The notes under the pieces were generated by a model, which did no database searches, was not told the DNA's origin, and saw only the letters and a program-made list of their open reading frames with translations. From the NCBI GenBank assembly GCA_963765495.1, contig CAVXWP010000008.1, positions 192,001 through 256,000 of the forward strand: 64,000 bases of DNA, read 5' to 3'. The stretch is from Blastocatellia bacterium (GTDB taxonomy: Bacteria; Acidobacteriota; Blastocatellia; UBA7656). This document shows, piece by piece, positions 63,999 through 64,000 of this stretch. Numbering within the stretch: position 1 is the first letter of the stretch; each line of letters begins with the position of its first letter. Position numbers and translations under genes: made by a program.

Positions 63999-64000
63999 TA

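Overview
A 64-kb bacterial chromosomal segment, probably Acidobacteriota (Blastocatellia-like). This is inferred from the paired MacB-type permeases, the acidobacterial VWA protein, the carboxypeptidase-regulatory TonB receptor and the HcrB-like gene. I found no rRNA, tRNA or CRISPR array. Housekeeping genes (kdsB, pyrG) are interspersed with accessory modules. (1) A Ser/Thr kinase-STAND-WD40 gene, then a GAF sigma-54 activator, then a ~3000-aa secreted multidomain protein, with a readable -24/-12 promoter and twin enhancer palindromes. (2) A TPR gene ending in a RAPP ribosome-arrest-like motif, head-to-head with a small Cys-rich exported peptide. (3) An AT-rich run of small genes with an integron attC site. 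(4) A VIT/VWA target plus exosortase K. (5) A decayed IS / TonB / group II intron patch. (6) An FNR-like regulator whose neighbours carry tandem TGTGA-N6-TCACA boxes at -41.5/-63.5. (7) The most novel-looking locus: a 99-aa Gly/Lys-repeat peptide, divergent from a 700-aa putative SelO/MchC-like kinase-fold enzyme and flanked by an ECF sigma factor and two glycosyltransferases; this is a candidate new peptide-modification (RiPP-like) system. (8) The start of an MnxG-like multicopper oxidase cluster. Intergenic DNA is rich in nested palindromic elements. All family calls come from motif recognition by eye; no searches were run.
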